A stretch of DNA of 64,000 nt from Patescibacteria group bacterium (lineage in GTDB: Bacteria; Patescibacteriota; Minisyncoccia; Phycocordibacterales; Phycocordibacteraceae): NCBI GenBank assembly GCA_018970425.1, contig JAGWWK010000004.1, positions 1,811 through 65,810 on the forward strand, given 5' to 3'. The translations under genes and the position numbers were made by a program. The notes below the pieces were generated by a model. That model made no database searches, was not told the origin of the DNA, and saw only the letters and a program-made list of their open reading frames with translations. Every line of letters begins with the position of its first letter. Position 1 is the stretch's first letter. This document shows, one piece after another, positions 32,413 to 42,428 of the stretch.

Positions 32413-33647
32413 GTATCTACATGGTTGGGATCGGCGGTATTGGCATGAGTGCTCTGGCGCAGCTCTACCATGCTCGCGGGGAACGCGTTTCAGGTGAAGA
32501 CAAAGTCGCAGGACCGACTACCGAACTTCTTCAAGAAAAAGGCATTATTGTTTACATTGGGGAAGGAGAGGCGCCCGAAGATACCGCGCTCGTTATTTTT
32601 TCTGACGCAGTACCTGCGCACAACAAGGCACGTGCCAATGCTCGGGCGCGCGGTATTCGTGAGCTTTCGTACTTCCAAGCGCTTGGTGAAGTGTCTCGCT
32701 CCGCGCGCACCATAGCAGTAGCCGGGACTCACGGTAAGACCACGACGACTGCGATGCTTGCGAAAATACTTATCGATGCAGGCAAGCGGCCAACGGTTAT
32801 TGTGGGCTCACTAATGAAAGACTTCGGCTCTAACTTTGTTGCGGGTGACCCCAATCTTCTTGTTGTTGAGGCGTGCGAATACCGTGACCATGTATTAGAG
32901 CTCACGCCAGATATTCTTGTACTAACAAATATTGAATGGGACCATACTGACTGGTTTGTGACAGAAGCGGCTCTGCGGGCGACGTTTGAGCGTGCTCGGC
33001 AGATGGCGAAAACAGTGATCGACGCAGATGTCTACCAAGCGGAGCCTGCATATGCTACCAGTCTCATTGGCGATTTTAATAGAGACAACGCACGCGCGGC
33101 CGCCGCTGCGGCGAAGGCTGCATTCCCAGACATTAGTCCAGAGCACATTGCACGCAGTTTGAAAGAATTTCAGGGGACGTGGCGCAGATTTGAACGGGTG
33201 GGTACGACGCGAGAAGGTGCGGTTGTATTTGATGACTACGCGCATCACCCAACGGCAGTGCGTAAAACGCTTGAGGCTGCTCGGGCGGACGATCCTCGGA
33301 TTCACACGGCATCCCTAGTCGTCGTGTTTCAGCCGCACCTGTACACCCGTACGCGCGATTTGATGCAGGAGTTTGCGGCAGCTTTTGGAGCTGCTGACCA
33401 GGTGATTGTTGCGCCGATTTACGGAGCTCGCGAAGCGCCTATCCCGGGGATTACCAACGAGACGCTCGCTGCCGCGATTGAGGCGCACGGTACGACCGCG
33501 CGAGCCATGAATTCATTTTCTGAAATAGAAACATATCTTCACTCCGTGAGTAATTCTGAGACGCGGATCATTACCATGGGGGCTGGTGACGTGTACACTA
33601 TCGCGAAGCGTCTGATAGATCCTGTCTCTCAAGTACGAACAGCATGA
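32409..33647 (+). CDS. murC: UDP-N-acetylmuramate-L-alanine ligase
   Basis: GIGGIGMSALA, AGTHGKTTTT, DDYAHHPT, FQPHLYTRT. Confidence 0.96.
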   Translation: MSIYMVGIGGIGMSALAQLYHARGERVSGEDKVAGPTTELLQEKGIIVYIGEGEAPEDTALVIFSDAVPAHNKARANARARGIRELSYFQALGEVSRSARTIAVAGTHGKTTTTAMLAKILIDAGKRPTVIVGSLMKDFGSNFVAGDPNLLVVEACEYRDHVLELTPDILVLTNIEWDHTDWFVTEAALRATFERARQMAKTVIDADVYQAEPAYATSLIGDFNRDNARAAAAAAKAAFPDISPEHIARSLKEFQGTWRRFERVGTTREGAVVFDDYAHHPTAVRKTLEAARADDPRIHTASLVVVFQPHLYTRTRDLMQEFAAAFGAADQVIVAPIYGAREAPIPGITNETLAAAIEAHGTTARAMNSFSEIETYLHSVSNSETRIITMGAGDVYTIAKRLIDPVSQVRTA

Positions 33648-34318
33648 GCGGAACACTCTACATTGTGGCCACACCCATAGGGAATTTGAGCGACATTACG
33701 CTCCGCGCGCTTGATGTGCTCCGATCCGTCGATACCATAGTGGCTGAAGATACGCGGGTGACCGCAAAGCTCCTTCAGCGATACTCGATTGAAAAGCCGC
33801 TGCAGTCGCTCCGCGCGCGATCTGCCCGCGTCTACTTTGAAAATGTAGCGCGTATGGTTCAAGAAGGTCGCACTATTGCGTATGTAACAGATGCCGGTAC
33901 GCCAGGTATTTCAGACCCTGGCCCTATTCTCGTATCGCTTGTGCGCGAGTATGCGGGTGAGGGAGCTGTTATCGCAATCCCCGGTCCGTCGGCAGTTATA
34001 GCTGCCGTGTCTGTTTCTGGGATGCCCACTGACCAATTTGTATTTCTCGGTTTCTTGCCGCATAAGAAGGGAAGGCAGAAAGCACTCGATGCGCTTGTCC
34101 GAGAAAGGCGATTAGTTGTGCTGTATGAGTCGCCATATCGCATCAAAAAGCTTTTCCATGAGCTTGCGGAGCGCGTTCCGGATCGGCGCGCAGTTATAGC
34201 GCATGAACTGACCAAATTGTTTGAGAAAACTCGTGCGGGTACGGTGTCTGAACTCCTCGAGCGTATTGGAAAAGATATCCCCGAACGGGGGGAGTTTGTC
34301 GTGATGCTTGCACCCTGA
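33644..34318 (+). CDS. rsmI: 16S rRNA C1402 2'-O-methyltransferase
   Basis: LYIVATPIGNLSDITLRA, AEDTR, DAGTPGISDPG, YESPYR, ELTKLFE. Confidence 0.96.
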   Translation: MSGTLYIVATPIGNLSDITLRALDVLRSVDTIVAEDTRVTAKLLQRYSIEKPLQSLRARSARVYFENVARMVQEGRTIAYVTDAGTPGISDPGPILVSLVREYAGEGAVIAIPGPSAVIAAVSVSGMPTDQFVFLGFLPHKKGRQKALDALVRERRLVVLYESPYRIKKLFHELAERVPDRRAVIAHELTKLFEKTRAGTVSELLERIGKDIPERGEFVVMLAP

Positions 34319-34324
34319 TACACT

Positions 34325-34558
34325 TTGAGCGTGTCGAAAGCCGTCATTGTATCGATTCTCGGTGTTATTGTCGCCTTTATTCCGATAGACGGGCTTCCTG
34401 ATTCTATAAGTAGCGCCCTCACGGTCATCGCGGGAGTGAGCATTGCCCTCCTCGGCGTGTTGATGCGCTTTGAACGACTGTGGCTCATTCGCGCTCGACG
34501 CGGAGGCCACGCGACGGACGCATACGCGGAAAACGCTGCTCCAGACCTGCATGGTTAG
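34325..34558 (+). CDS. Small two-TM protein
   Basis: Two hydrophobic helices; GTG at 34331 is a likely start, 6 nt after TACACT. Confidence 0.6.
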   Translation: MSVSKAVIVSILGVIVAFIPIDGLPDSISSALTVIAGVSIALLGVLMRFERLWLIRARRGGHATDAYAENAAPDLHG

Positions 34559-35756
34559 CCCTGTGCGTGCCGCGGGCGCGGTAGCCGTAGTGGGGATACT
34601 GGCAGGAACAATGTACGCTGTACCATCTGAATGGCAGTTAGGTGGCAGTATCCCCGTACAGGTTGAGGCAGAAGCGCCACCCGTACGTTCAAGGGAGACT
34701 CCTGTGCCGCTCTACGGCATCTATATGTCGCAGTGTGTTGTGGGTACGCCATCGTTTCGTGACAAACTTGTCGCGCTTATTGATGAAACACCACTCAATG
34801 CCGTAGTTATTGATATCAAAGACTATACTGGGCGTATTTCTTTTCAAACTGATAACCCCGTCCTTGCGGACTCGGTGTCCACTGCCTGCGGTGCGCGCGA
34901 TATGAAATCGTTTATCGCGCTCCTTCACGAGAAAGATATATACGTGATTGGACGCATTACCGTCTTTCAGGATCCGTACTACACGGCCAAACATCCAGAA
35001 GCTGCAGTGCAGTCTGCGTCACTGCGTCCCGGGGAACCATGGCGCGATCATAAAGGGCTTTCGTTTATCGACGTGTCGCATCGCCCGTACTGGGAGTATG
35101 TAGTCGAATTGTCGAAAGTCGCGCATACTGAATTTGGATTTGATGAGCTTAACTATGACTACATCCGGTATCCGTCAGATGGTCCGATGTCTGACGCGCG
35201 GTACGTAAATCCGAACAAGGCCGAGGCAGTCGAGCTCTTTTGGGCATATTTACATGAACGCGTGAAGCCGGTTGGAGTCACAATGTCGGCGGACCTGTTT
35301 GGTATGACGACAACGAATACTGACGATTTAAATATCGGACAACAGTTAGAGCGCGCGCTCCCGCACTTCGATTACATCATGCCGATGGTATACCCTTCGC
35401 ACTACCCAAAAAACTATCTTAATCTTGCCGATCCTAATATGGATCCGCGCGGTGTCGTCTTTCATGCAATGTCAGAGGCTGCTCGGCGCGTGGTGGCAAC
35501 GACGACTGTTGTCCGTACGTTAGGTGGCGAGTCGGTGCCGGGCGCTGAAAATCTTTTCACCAAGAGCTCATTTCCAACATCGGTCCTCCGTCCGTGGCTC
35601 CAAGATTTTGACTACGGAAAGGACTATACCGCTGCCGATATTGATGCTCAGATTCAAGCGACGCGAGAAGCAGGGCTTACCTCATGGGTTTTTTGGGATG
35701 CAGGGAACAAGTACGAAGCTCTTCGCGATTACTACGCGCGCGGCGTCGACCGGTAA
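34551..35756 (+). CDS. Putative glycoside hydrolase (DUF4015-like TIM barrel)
   Basis: NAVVIDIKD, GRITVFQD, GFDELNYDYIRYPSDG, PMVYPSHY, RPWLQDF. Confidence 0.85.
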   Translation: MVSPVRAAGAVAVVGILAGTMYAVPSEWQLGGSIPVQVEAEAPPVRSRETPVPLYGIYMSQCVVGTPSFRDKLVALIDETPLNAVVIDIKDYTGRISFQTDNPVLADSVSTACGARDMKSFIALLHEKDIYVIGRITVFQDPYYTAKHPEAAVQSASLRPGEPWRDHKGLSFIDVSHRPYWEYVVELSKVAHTEFGFDELNYDYIRYPSDGPMSDARYVNPNKAEAVELFWAYLHERVKPVGVTMSADLFGMTTTNTDDLNIGQQLERALPHFDYIMPMVYPSHYPKNYLNLADPNMDPRGVVFHAMSEAARRVVATTTVVRTLGGESVPGAENLFTKSSFPTSVLRPWLQDFDYGKDYTAADIDAQIQATREAGLTSWVFWDAGNKYEALRDYYARGVDR

Positions 35757-35772
35757 GCGGTATACTGCCTGC

Positions 35773-37248
35773 ATGACGTGGGGCACAGACGTGACGTATC
35801 TTGCCGCAACAAACATCAAGGGTCGCGTAGTACCGTTTGGTATAAAAGATGCAGATAGGACGCACCATGTGTGCGTGTTGGGGAAGGTAGGTTCCGGGCG
35901 CAGCGCATTCCTTTCTCGCATGGCGCTTCAAGATATTGAGCGCGGCGTTGGCGTGTTAGTGCTCGATGGTAGTGGCAATGTAGGGCCAATGATTATGGAG
36001 CGCTTGCCAAAAAATGCGATAGAGCACCTTGCGTTTGTTGACGCAGCAGACGCGGAGTATCCATTTTCATGGAACATTCCGAACGAGTTTCGTCACTCCG
36101 CGCGCGGAGAGGAGCTGTGGCTACGCGCGTTCGCCTCAGCATATGGGGTAGAGCAGTCTGCGTTCACGGATGTGCTGGCGCGCTGGGTGCTTGCTGATCC
36201 GAGTCGGACACTCGTACATGCGTGGTTCGCACTTGAAACGCCACAAGCTACGGCAGCAGCATTTACAGAGGGGAGTCCAGATGCGGAGCTTTTACGGGCG
36301 GCAGAGCAAGCAGCGCCAGACGCGCGCGCAGAATTTATCGAGCGCGGAAAGTATGTTGCTAAAGATACGCTGGTTCGCAATATTCTTGGTCAACCTGACG
36401 GCAAGTTTTCGCTCCGCTCTCTCGCTAACGGAGGCATCTGCATCGTCGATCTCTCGAGAATACGCGTATTTCCCACACGGGTACAGCCACTGGTGCGGCT
36501 CTTTGCGTATGCCTTTCGCGCACATGCGGCCGATAACGCGGTTCCCGCGGCCTATTTTCATGATGTGCTTCGATACCTGTCTGCAGATGACGCGGACGCA
36601 TTGATGACAGATCGCTCCTATGCGCTTACGCTCTCAGACACGGTGTACCGCGAGAGCGATGTGCCGCTCCGCGAGCGCGCACTCAAGCGGTGTGGCTCGG
36701 TTGTCGCGTTTGAGCCGGACGAATCGGACGTACCGCTTGTACAGCAGCTCTTTTATCCATACCTCGGTGCTGATGAGTTGAAAGGGCTTGATGCGGGGGA
36801 AGCCTGCGTGTTTCTCACCATTGATGCGGTACGCTCAAATCCTTTTTTCGCTGCGTCACTGCCGCTTCAGGAGCGGACGCAGACATCACTCCAAGACATG
36901 ATTGTTGGCGCGCGCGCTGCGTACGCCGAACCTCGATCAAAAGTAGAGGAATTATTTGCAAAGAAAGAAAAGCCTAAAGATTCTGGTAAGCCGCCGCCAT
37001 TCAGCGACGCGTTTAAAAATATTATGGCCAAGCGAGACCCTACCAACTTTATTGCGCCAAGCGCTGCGACACAGGCAGGAACAGCACCACCACAGCCGCA
37101 GCCGGAAAAAGAGCTGCCAGCCCCGGAGAAAAAGGATGCCTCAAAGTCGTCAGAGCCTATCACCACTCCTCCTGTACCTGAGGAGAAGAAAGAGTTGTCC
37201 GAAGACGAGCTCCGCGCCTTACTATCAGCTGGCCCAATTCCTGCATGA
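35773..37248 (+). CDS. Type IV secretion coupling-protein/HerA-like ATPase homolog with degenerate motifs
   Basis: FGIKDADRTHHVCVLGKVGSGRS, QDIERGVG, VRNILGQ; Pro/Lys-rich tail. Confidence 0.75.
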   Translation: MTWGTDVTYLAATNIKGRVVPFGIKDADRTHHVCVLGKVGSGRSAFLSRMALQDIERGVGVLVLDGSGNVGPMIMERLPKNAIEHLAFVDAADAEYPFSWNIPNEFRHSARGEELWLRAFASAYGVEQSAFTDVLARWVLADPSRTLVHAWFALETPQATAAAFTEGSPDAELLRAAEQAAPDARAEFIERGKYVAKDTLVRNILGQPDGKFSLRSLANGGICIVDLSRIRVFPTRVQPLVRLFAYAFRAHAADNAVPAAYFHDVLRYLSADDADALMTDRSYALTLSDTVYRESDVPLRERALKRCGSVVAFEPDESDVPLVQQLFYPYLGADELKGLDAGEACVFLTIDAVRSNPFFAASLPLQERTQTSLQDMIVGARAAYAEPRSKVEELFAKKEKPKDSGKPPPFSDAFKNIMAKRDPTNFIAPSAATQAGTAPPQPQPEKELPAPEKKDASKSSEPITTPPVPEEKKELSEDELRALLSAGPIPA

Positions 37249-37367
37249 GCTGGTTTTTTGCGCTCCTCATGCTCATAGCCGTGACCGCGTATGGTGTTAT
37301 CCATGCGCGAAGAGTGCGTCAAAGAAGCGGTATTACAATTGTTGCGATAGAGCGAAAAAAGCTATAA
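37245..37367 (+). CDS. Putative 40-aa membrane microprotein
   Basis: MSWFFALLMLIAVTAYGVIHARRVRQRSGITIVAIERKKL*; ATGA overlap with the upstream stop. Confidence 0.45.
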   Translation: MSWFFALLMLIAVTAYGVIHARRVRQRSGITIVAIERKKL

Positions 37368-37376
37368 TATATCAGT

Positions 37377-38237
37377 ATGTCAAGTCCGCGACTAGCGGTT
37401 GTTACTGGTGGGGCTGGATTCATTGGCTCGCACCTTTGTGAACGACTCGTCAAAGAGGGCTATCGGGTGATCTCACTAGACAATTACTTCACAGGTTCAA
37501 AAGACAATCATGTGCCGGGTGTTGAGTATCGCGAGGGCCACACCAAGGATATTGCGCGACTGATTCCAGAGAATCCAGACATTGTGTACCATCTGGGCGA
37601 ATATGCTCGTGTCGAACAAAGTTTAAGTGAGCCAGATCTTGTCTGGGATCTCAATGTAGCGGGTACATTTGGTGTGTTGGAGTTTTGGCGGGCGCACCAG
37701 TGTAAGCTTGTGTATGCTGGATCATCGACAAAATTTGGTGATGGCGGGCTTGCCCGGATTGCCACGCCGTATGCATGGACAAAAGCTATGAATACTGAAC
37801 TGGTGCAGAATTATGGGGCGTGGTACAAGCTTTCATTTGCGATTACGTATTTTTATAATGTCTATGGTCCCCGTGAGCGTGCAGGAGCGTATGGTACAGT
37901 TGTAGAAATTTTTAAACAGAAATTTCATGCGGGTGATCCGCTCACCGTTGTTGCTCCAGGAACTCAAAAAAGAAACTTTACGCATGTCGATGATATTGTG
38001 AATGGCCTGGTTGTAGTAGGCGAGCGAGGATTTGGCGACGATTATGGACTCGGAAATCCTCGAGAATACACAATCATAGAAATTGCCAAACTTTTTGGTG
38101 GGAATATTATTATGCATCCAGAGCGACCAGGCAATCGTATGTCGTCTGCAATCGACATATCGAAAACGCAACTTTTGGGGTGGAAACCAGAAAGGTCACT
38201 TGAGGAGTATATACGTCTGGCGAAGATTCACGCATGA
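37377..38237 (+). CDS. NAD-dependent sugar epimerase/dehydratase
   Basis: VTGGAGFIGSHL, YAWTK, YNVYGPRE. Confidence 0.93.
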   Translation: MSSPRLAVVTGGAGFIGSHLCERLVKEGYRVISLDNYFTGSKDNHVPGVEYREGHTKDIARLIPENPDIVYHLGEYARVEQSLSEPDLVWDLNVAGTFGVLEFWRAHQCKLVYAGSSTKFGDGGLARIATPYAWTKAMNTELVQNYGAWYKLSFAITYFYNVYGPRERAGAYGTVVEIFKQKFHAGDPLTVVAPGTQKRNFTHVDDIVNGLVVVGERGFGDDYGLGNPREYTIIEIAKLFGGNIIMHPERPGNRMSSAIDISKTQLLGWKPERSLEEYIRLAKIHA

Positions 38238-39361
38238 AGCGCGTTCTTATTTTTTCGACAACGTATCATCCATATGTAGGAGGTGCTGAAATTGCTATCC
38301 AAGAGATTGCAAAGCGTTGTACCGATATTGAGTTTGACCTCCTAACGTGTCGAATGTCTCGGGCTAACCCTTTGGTTGAGAAGGTAGGACGTGTCACCAC
38401 TTACCGACTCGGCATGGGAATACCTCTTGTCGATAAGCTCTGTGCGCCGTTTTTAGGTGCTCTGAAGACACTCAACTTATCTCGAAAACATTCATACACT
38501 GCGTACTGGGCGATGATGGTGAGTTATATGAGCGGTGCTGCGTATATCGCAAATTTTCTACGATTCCGGAACCAAACGCCAATAGTGCTGACGCTTCAAG
38601 AGGGTGACTCGGAGGAACACCTGACAAAACGCTGGTTCGGGCTTCTTAATAGTGCATGGAAGTTAGCACTGAGGAACGCGCACATCGTCACTGTGATTAG
38701 CGCATACTTGGCTGTGCGTGCACGTAGGTTTGGTTGCACAGTGCCGATCGTGACGATTCCGAACGGCGTTGATACACACCTCTTTACTGGAGTCCTGACC
38801 AAACACAATAGTACGGTACTCATTACAACATCACGACTTGTTCAAAAAAACGGTATCGATACAGTACTTCGTGCGCTCCCACTTATGCCTGGTGTCCGGT
38901 TTCGCATTCTTGGTACAGGACCAGATCAAAAAAAGCTTAAGAACCTTGCAGCCTCACTCGGTATTTTAGAACGAGTCGAGTTCACTGGCCATGTTCCGTA
39001 TAAAGCTATTCCAGCGCATTTACATAAAGCTGACATTTTTGTTCGCCCATCGCGCTCAGAGGGAATGGGTAATTCATTTGTGGAAGCAATGGCAGCAGGG
39101 CTGCCTGTGATTGCTACTCAGGAAGGGGGTATTGCCGACTTCTTGTTTGATGCCAAACGGAATCCTGATAAGCCTACCACCGGTTGGGCAGTGGATAAAG
39201 ACTCTCCCGAGCAGATAGCGGTGGCCGTCCGTGAGATACTCGAGCATCCTGAAGCAGTAGAAAGGGTAAAAAAGGCGGCGCGTGACATGGTTATAAAAAA
39301 ATATGATTGGGATCTGGTTGCGAGAGATATGCGAGAGAAAGTTTTCGCGAATTTGCTATAG
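38234..39361 (+). CDS. GT4 glycosyltransferase
   Basis: GGAEIA, RPSRSEGMGNSFVEAMAAGLPVI. Confidence 0.93.
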   Translation: MKRVLIFSTTYHPYVGGAEIAIQEIAKRCTDIEFDLLTCRMSRANPLVEKVGRVTTYRLGMGIPLVDKLCAPFLGALKTLNLSRKHSYTAYWAMMVSYMSGAAYIANFLRFRNQTPIVLTLQEGDSEEHLTKRWFGLLNSAWKLALRNAHIVTVISAYLAVRARRFGCTVPIVTIPNGVDTHLFTGVLTKHNSTVLITTSRLVQKNGIDTVLRALPLMPGVRFRILGTGPDQKKLKNLAASLGILERVEFTGHVPYKAIPAHLHKADIFVRPSRSEGMGNSFVEAMAAGLPVIATQEGGIADFLFDAKRNPDKPTTGWAVDKDSPEQIAVAVREILEHPEAVERVKKAARDMVIKKYDWDLVARDMREKVFANLL

Positions 39362-39368
39362 TGCCCCT

Positions 39369-40478
39369 ATGCGAGTCCTTGTGGCCACAGGCCTCTATCC
39401 GCCTGAAATAGGGGGGCCGGCGACCTATGCGGCGCTTCTTGAGGATAAGCTCGCGAGTCGAGGCATAACCCCAGTCGTCCTCCCGTTTCGTGGGGTACGG
39501 GCCTATCCTCGAGGAATTCGTCACCTCAAATATTTCTGGACAGTATTTAGAGCAGCGCAGCATGCAGATGTGGTCCTTGCACTCGACCCCTTTTCAGTCG
39601 GTGTTCCAGCTCGCCTCGCTGCACTTTTGAGACGTAAACCGTTTGTAATAAAAATTGTTGGTGACTATGCCTGGGAACAAGCTCGGCAGCAATTTGGATT
39701 TGAAGGGACACTAGAATCGTTTCAAGACGCGCGCGTGCGTCTGGTTCCGACGATTATGCGAGTTGTCGAGCGAGTGGTCGCGCGGACGGCGCACGCAGTC
39801 GTAGTTCCTAGCGAGTACCTTGCGGGCATTATTCGCCTATGGGGCGTTATGCCGTCTCGCCTCTCGGTCGTCTACAACGGTGTTTCGATTGCTGATGTTG
39901 GCAGTCGGGACATAATTCGCGGGATGCTCCATTTTTCGGGACGACTCATCATTTCTGTAGGCAGGCTGGTTCCATGGAAGGGGTTCGAGGCGGTTATTCG
40001 CGTCTTCGCTCGCTTGCGTAAGAAAGACGAGTCACTCACTTTGTTTATTGTCGGGAGCGGGCCACAATCTGACGCGTTAGAGCGACTCGCCAAGCGTCAC
40101 GGTGTTTCGCGTTCCGTTATTTTTGCCGGAGCAGTAGATCATGAGGCTCTGCTTCGCTACATAAAGGCATCTGATGTGTTTGTACTCAATTCATCCTACG
40201 AGGGCTTCTCGCACCTCTTATTGGAGACTATGGCAGTCGGGACGCCTATTGTGACGACCCGCGTAGGTGGGAATCCTGAGCTCATTCAGCATGCGGTCAA
40301 CGGCTTCCTTATTGAGCCAAACGATGTGCGTGCCCTCGCGGAGAAGATTCAGCTCATTCTCGAAGATGCACCGCTTCGCGCGCGGATGAAAGAGGCCGGT
40401 GAAGCAACCGTGCGCTCGTTCACGGATGATCGCGCAGTAGACGGAATGGCGGCAGTACTTAGAGCAGTATGCGCGTAG
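39369..40478 (+). CDS. GT4 glycosyltransferase
   Basis: YPPEIGGPATY, NSSYEGFSHLLLETMAVGTPIV. Confidence 0.93.
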   Translation: MRVLVATGLYPPEIGGPATYAALLEDKLASRGITPVVLPFRGVRAYPRGIRHLKYFWTVFRAAQHADVVLALDPFSVGVPARLAALLRRKPFVIKIVGDYAWEQARQQFGFEGTLESFQDARVRLVPTIMRVVERVVARTAHAVVVPSEYLAGIIRLWGVMPSRLSVVYNGVSIADVGSRDIIRGMLHFSGRLIISVGRLVPWKGFEAVIRVFARLRKKDESLTLFIVGSGPQSDALERLAKRHGVSRSVIFAGAVDHEALLRYIKASDVFVLNSSYEGFSHLLLETMAVGTPIVTTRVGGNPELIQHAVNGFLIEPNDVRALAEKIQLILEDAPLRARMKEAGEATVRSFTDDRAVDGMAAVLRAVCA

Positions 40479-41494
40479 TAATGCTCTCGACAGATCGGAC
40501 GATTCTCTCTCCAACTTCGCCTGCGGCTATGCGTATGCGTGCGTATGGTGCCTTGTTTGATTCTCTCACAGTGATCGTCGCCGGCACTGGTGCGTCACAA
40601 CAAATTGAATTGGCTCCGAATGTTGAGGTGCGCTATCCAGGTGGCCTAAGTAAACCTATAAATGCGCTCCGCATACTTTTCATAGCACGCAGGATTCCGG
40701 CTGATGTGCTATCCGCTCAAGATCCATTTTGGACGGGGGTCATAGGCCTCTGTGCTTTCAAACCACTTCAAATACAAGTACATACCGATACATGGGGAGT
40801 CATCGGTACTATACTTGCACGATTCACACTTCCGCGTGCACGGCGGATCCGTGTCGTATCGGAGCGGATTCGTGCTCGTGTTGCTCAAGTTACTTCACGG
40901 CCAATAGACGTCATACCGATTTTCGTAGACCCAGTTCGTTTTTCTGAATTACTTCCGAAGCCGGCCGAATTCGGTCCACACCCTCGGATTCTAGTTGTAT
41001 CCAGGCTCGCTCCGGAGAAAAGGGTCGACCTCGCAATTCGCGCCATAGTGCATGTACCAGATGCCCATTTATACATTGTCGGAGATGGATTGCTTAAGGC
41101 ATCATTACAATCCCTCGCTGCAGCAATAGGGGTAGCAGATCGAACACATTTCATCGGTTGGCGCGATGATGTGCGGCCGTACTATCAGCACGCATCTTGT
41201 TTTGCATGTACATCACAGTTTGAGGGATACGGTATGGCGCTTGTTGAAGCTGTTCTATCGGGTTGCTCAGTGGTGACGACAGATGTTGGCGTAGCCCGGG
41301 ACTTGCCGTCGGGCTTGTGTACTGTTGTACCGGGGGATGTGAATGCGTTCGCTGGCGCCTTGCGTATTCAGATACAACTCGAAACTACTATTCGTACGCA
41401 TGGAGCACTGGAAATGCGGGCTCGTATGGGCAGTTACGACGAGTACTTGAGTAGGTATGCGCAAGCACTCAGAGAGACCTGCGCCAGAACCTAA
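40469..41494 (+). CDS. GT4 glycosyltransferase
   Basis: SRLAPEKRVD, TSQFEGYGMALVEA. Confidence 0.92.
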   Translation: MRVVMLSTDRTILSPTSPAAMRMRAYGALFDSLTVIVAGTGASQQIELAPNVEVRYPGGLSKPINALRILFIARRIPADVLSAQDPFWTGVIGLCAFKPLQIQVHTDTWGVIGTILARFTLPRARRIRVVSERIRARVAQVTSRPIDVIPIFVDPVRFSELLPKPAEFGPHPRILVVSRLAPEKRVDLAIRAIVHVPDAHLYIVGDGLLKASLQSLAAAIGVADRTHFIGWRDDVRPYYQHASCFACTSQFEGYGMALVEAVLSGCSVVTTDVGVARDLPSGLCTVVPGDVNAFAGALRIQIQLETTIRTHGALEMRARMGSYDEYLSRYAQALRETCART

Positions 41495-41555
41495 AGAGGG
41501 GGACATGTCTGCATTTCTCCGTTAATTCGCAAATGGTACACTCAGCGAGACCAGC

Positions 41556-42428
41556 ATGAAACTCCTTATCGTTACGCAGGCGGTAGATAGCAACCATTCA
41601 AACCTAGGTTTTTTTGTGCGTTGGATTGAGGAGTTCGCAGTCTGCACAGATGAAGTTTTGGTAGTCGCAAATGAAGTCGGCAGTTACAATCTCCCTAGTA
41701 ACGTGACCGTGCTGAGTCTCGGGAAAGAGCATGGATCGTCACGGCTTGCGAGGTATGTAAAGTTTCTATCGCTGATCATATGGTTCTCGCGCTCATACGA
41801 CGCAGTGTTCTGCCACATGAACCCTGAATATGTGATTGCGGGCGGGTGGTGGTGGAGGCTTACCGGCAAGCGTATTGTATTTTGGTACATGCACAAGTCG
41901 GTGACGTACCGGCTACGGCTTGCTGAAAAGCTCGCCCACGCGATCGCAACAGCGTCGCCAGAGAGTTTTAGACTTCCAACTACAAAGCTCAACATTGTCG
42001 GCCATGGTATTAATACCGACCTGTTCCATCCAGAGCCGGACGTGCCTCGGGGTACACACGCGCTTTCAGTCGGGCGACTGACAAAGAGCAAGCGCCATGA
42101 CAAGGCGATTGATCGAGCGGCTGAGCTCGGTCTCGAGTTGCGCATCGCTGGTGAGGGGCCTGAGCGCGATACGCTTGAGCAATACGCGCACAAGAAGGGC
42201 GCGCGAGTAGTATTTCTTGGAGGACTGACTCAAAATGAGTTGCGCGACGAGTATTTGCGCGCGGGACTTCTCATTCACACTTCGGAAACAGGAAGTCTAG
42301 ATAAGGTCCTTCTTGAAGCTGTGGCCACGGGAACTCCAATCGAAACTGAGTATTCGGTCTACATGCAATACGCACCGCAGTCATACAAAGTACTAATCCC
42401 AAAGCTTAGTGCGCTATGCAGGAAATGA
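41556..42428 (+). CDS. GT4 glycosyltransferase with a short C-terminus
   Basis: VGRLTKSKR, SETGSLDKVLLEAVATG; only 290 aa. Confidence 0.85.
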   Translation: MKLLIVTQAVDSNHSNLGFFVRWIEEFAVCTDEVLVVANEVGSYNLPSNVTVLSLGKEHGSSRLARYVKFLSLIIWFSRSYDAVFCHMNPEYVIAGGWWWRLTGKRIVFWYMHKSVTYRLRLAEKLAHAIATASPESFRLPTTKLNIVGHGINTDLFHPEPDVPRGTHALSVGRLTKSKRHDKAIDRAAELGLELRIAGEGPERDTLEQYAHKKGARVVFLGGLTQNELRDEYLRAGLLIHTSETGSLDKVLLEAVATGTPIETEYSVYMQYAPQSYKVLIPKLSALCRK

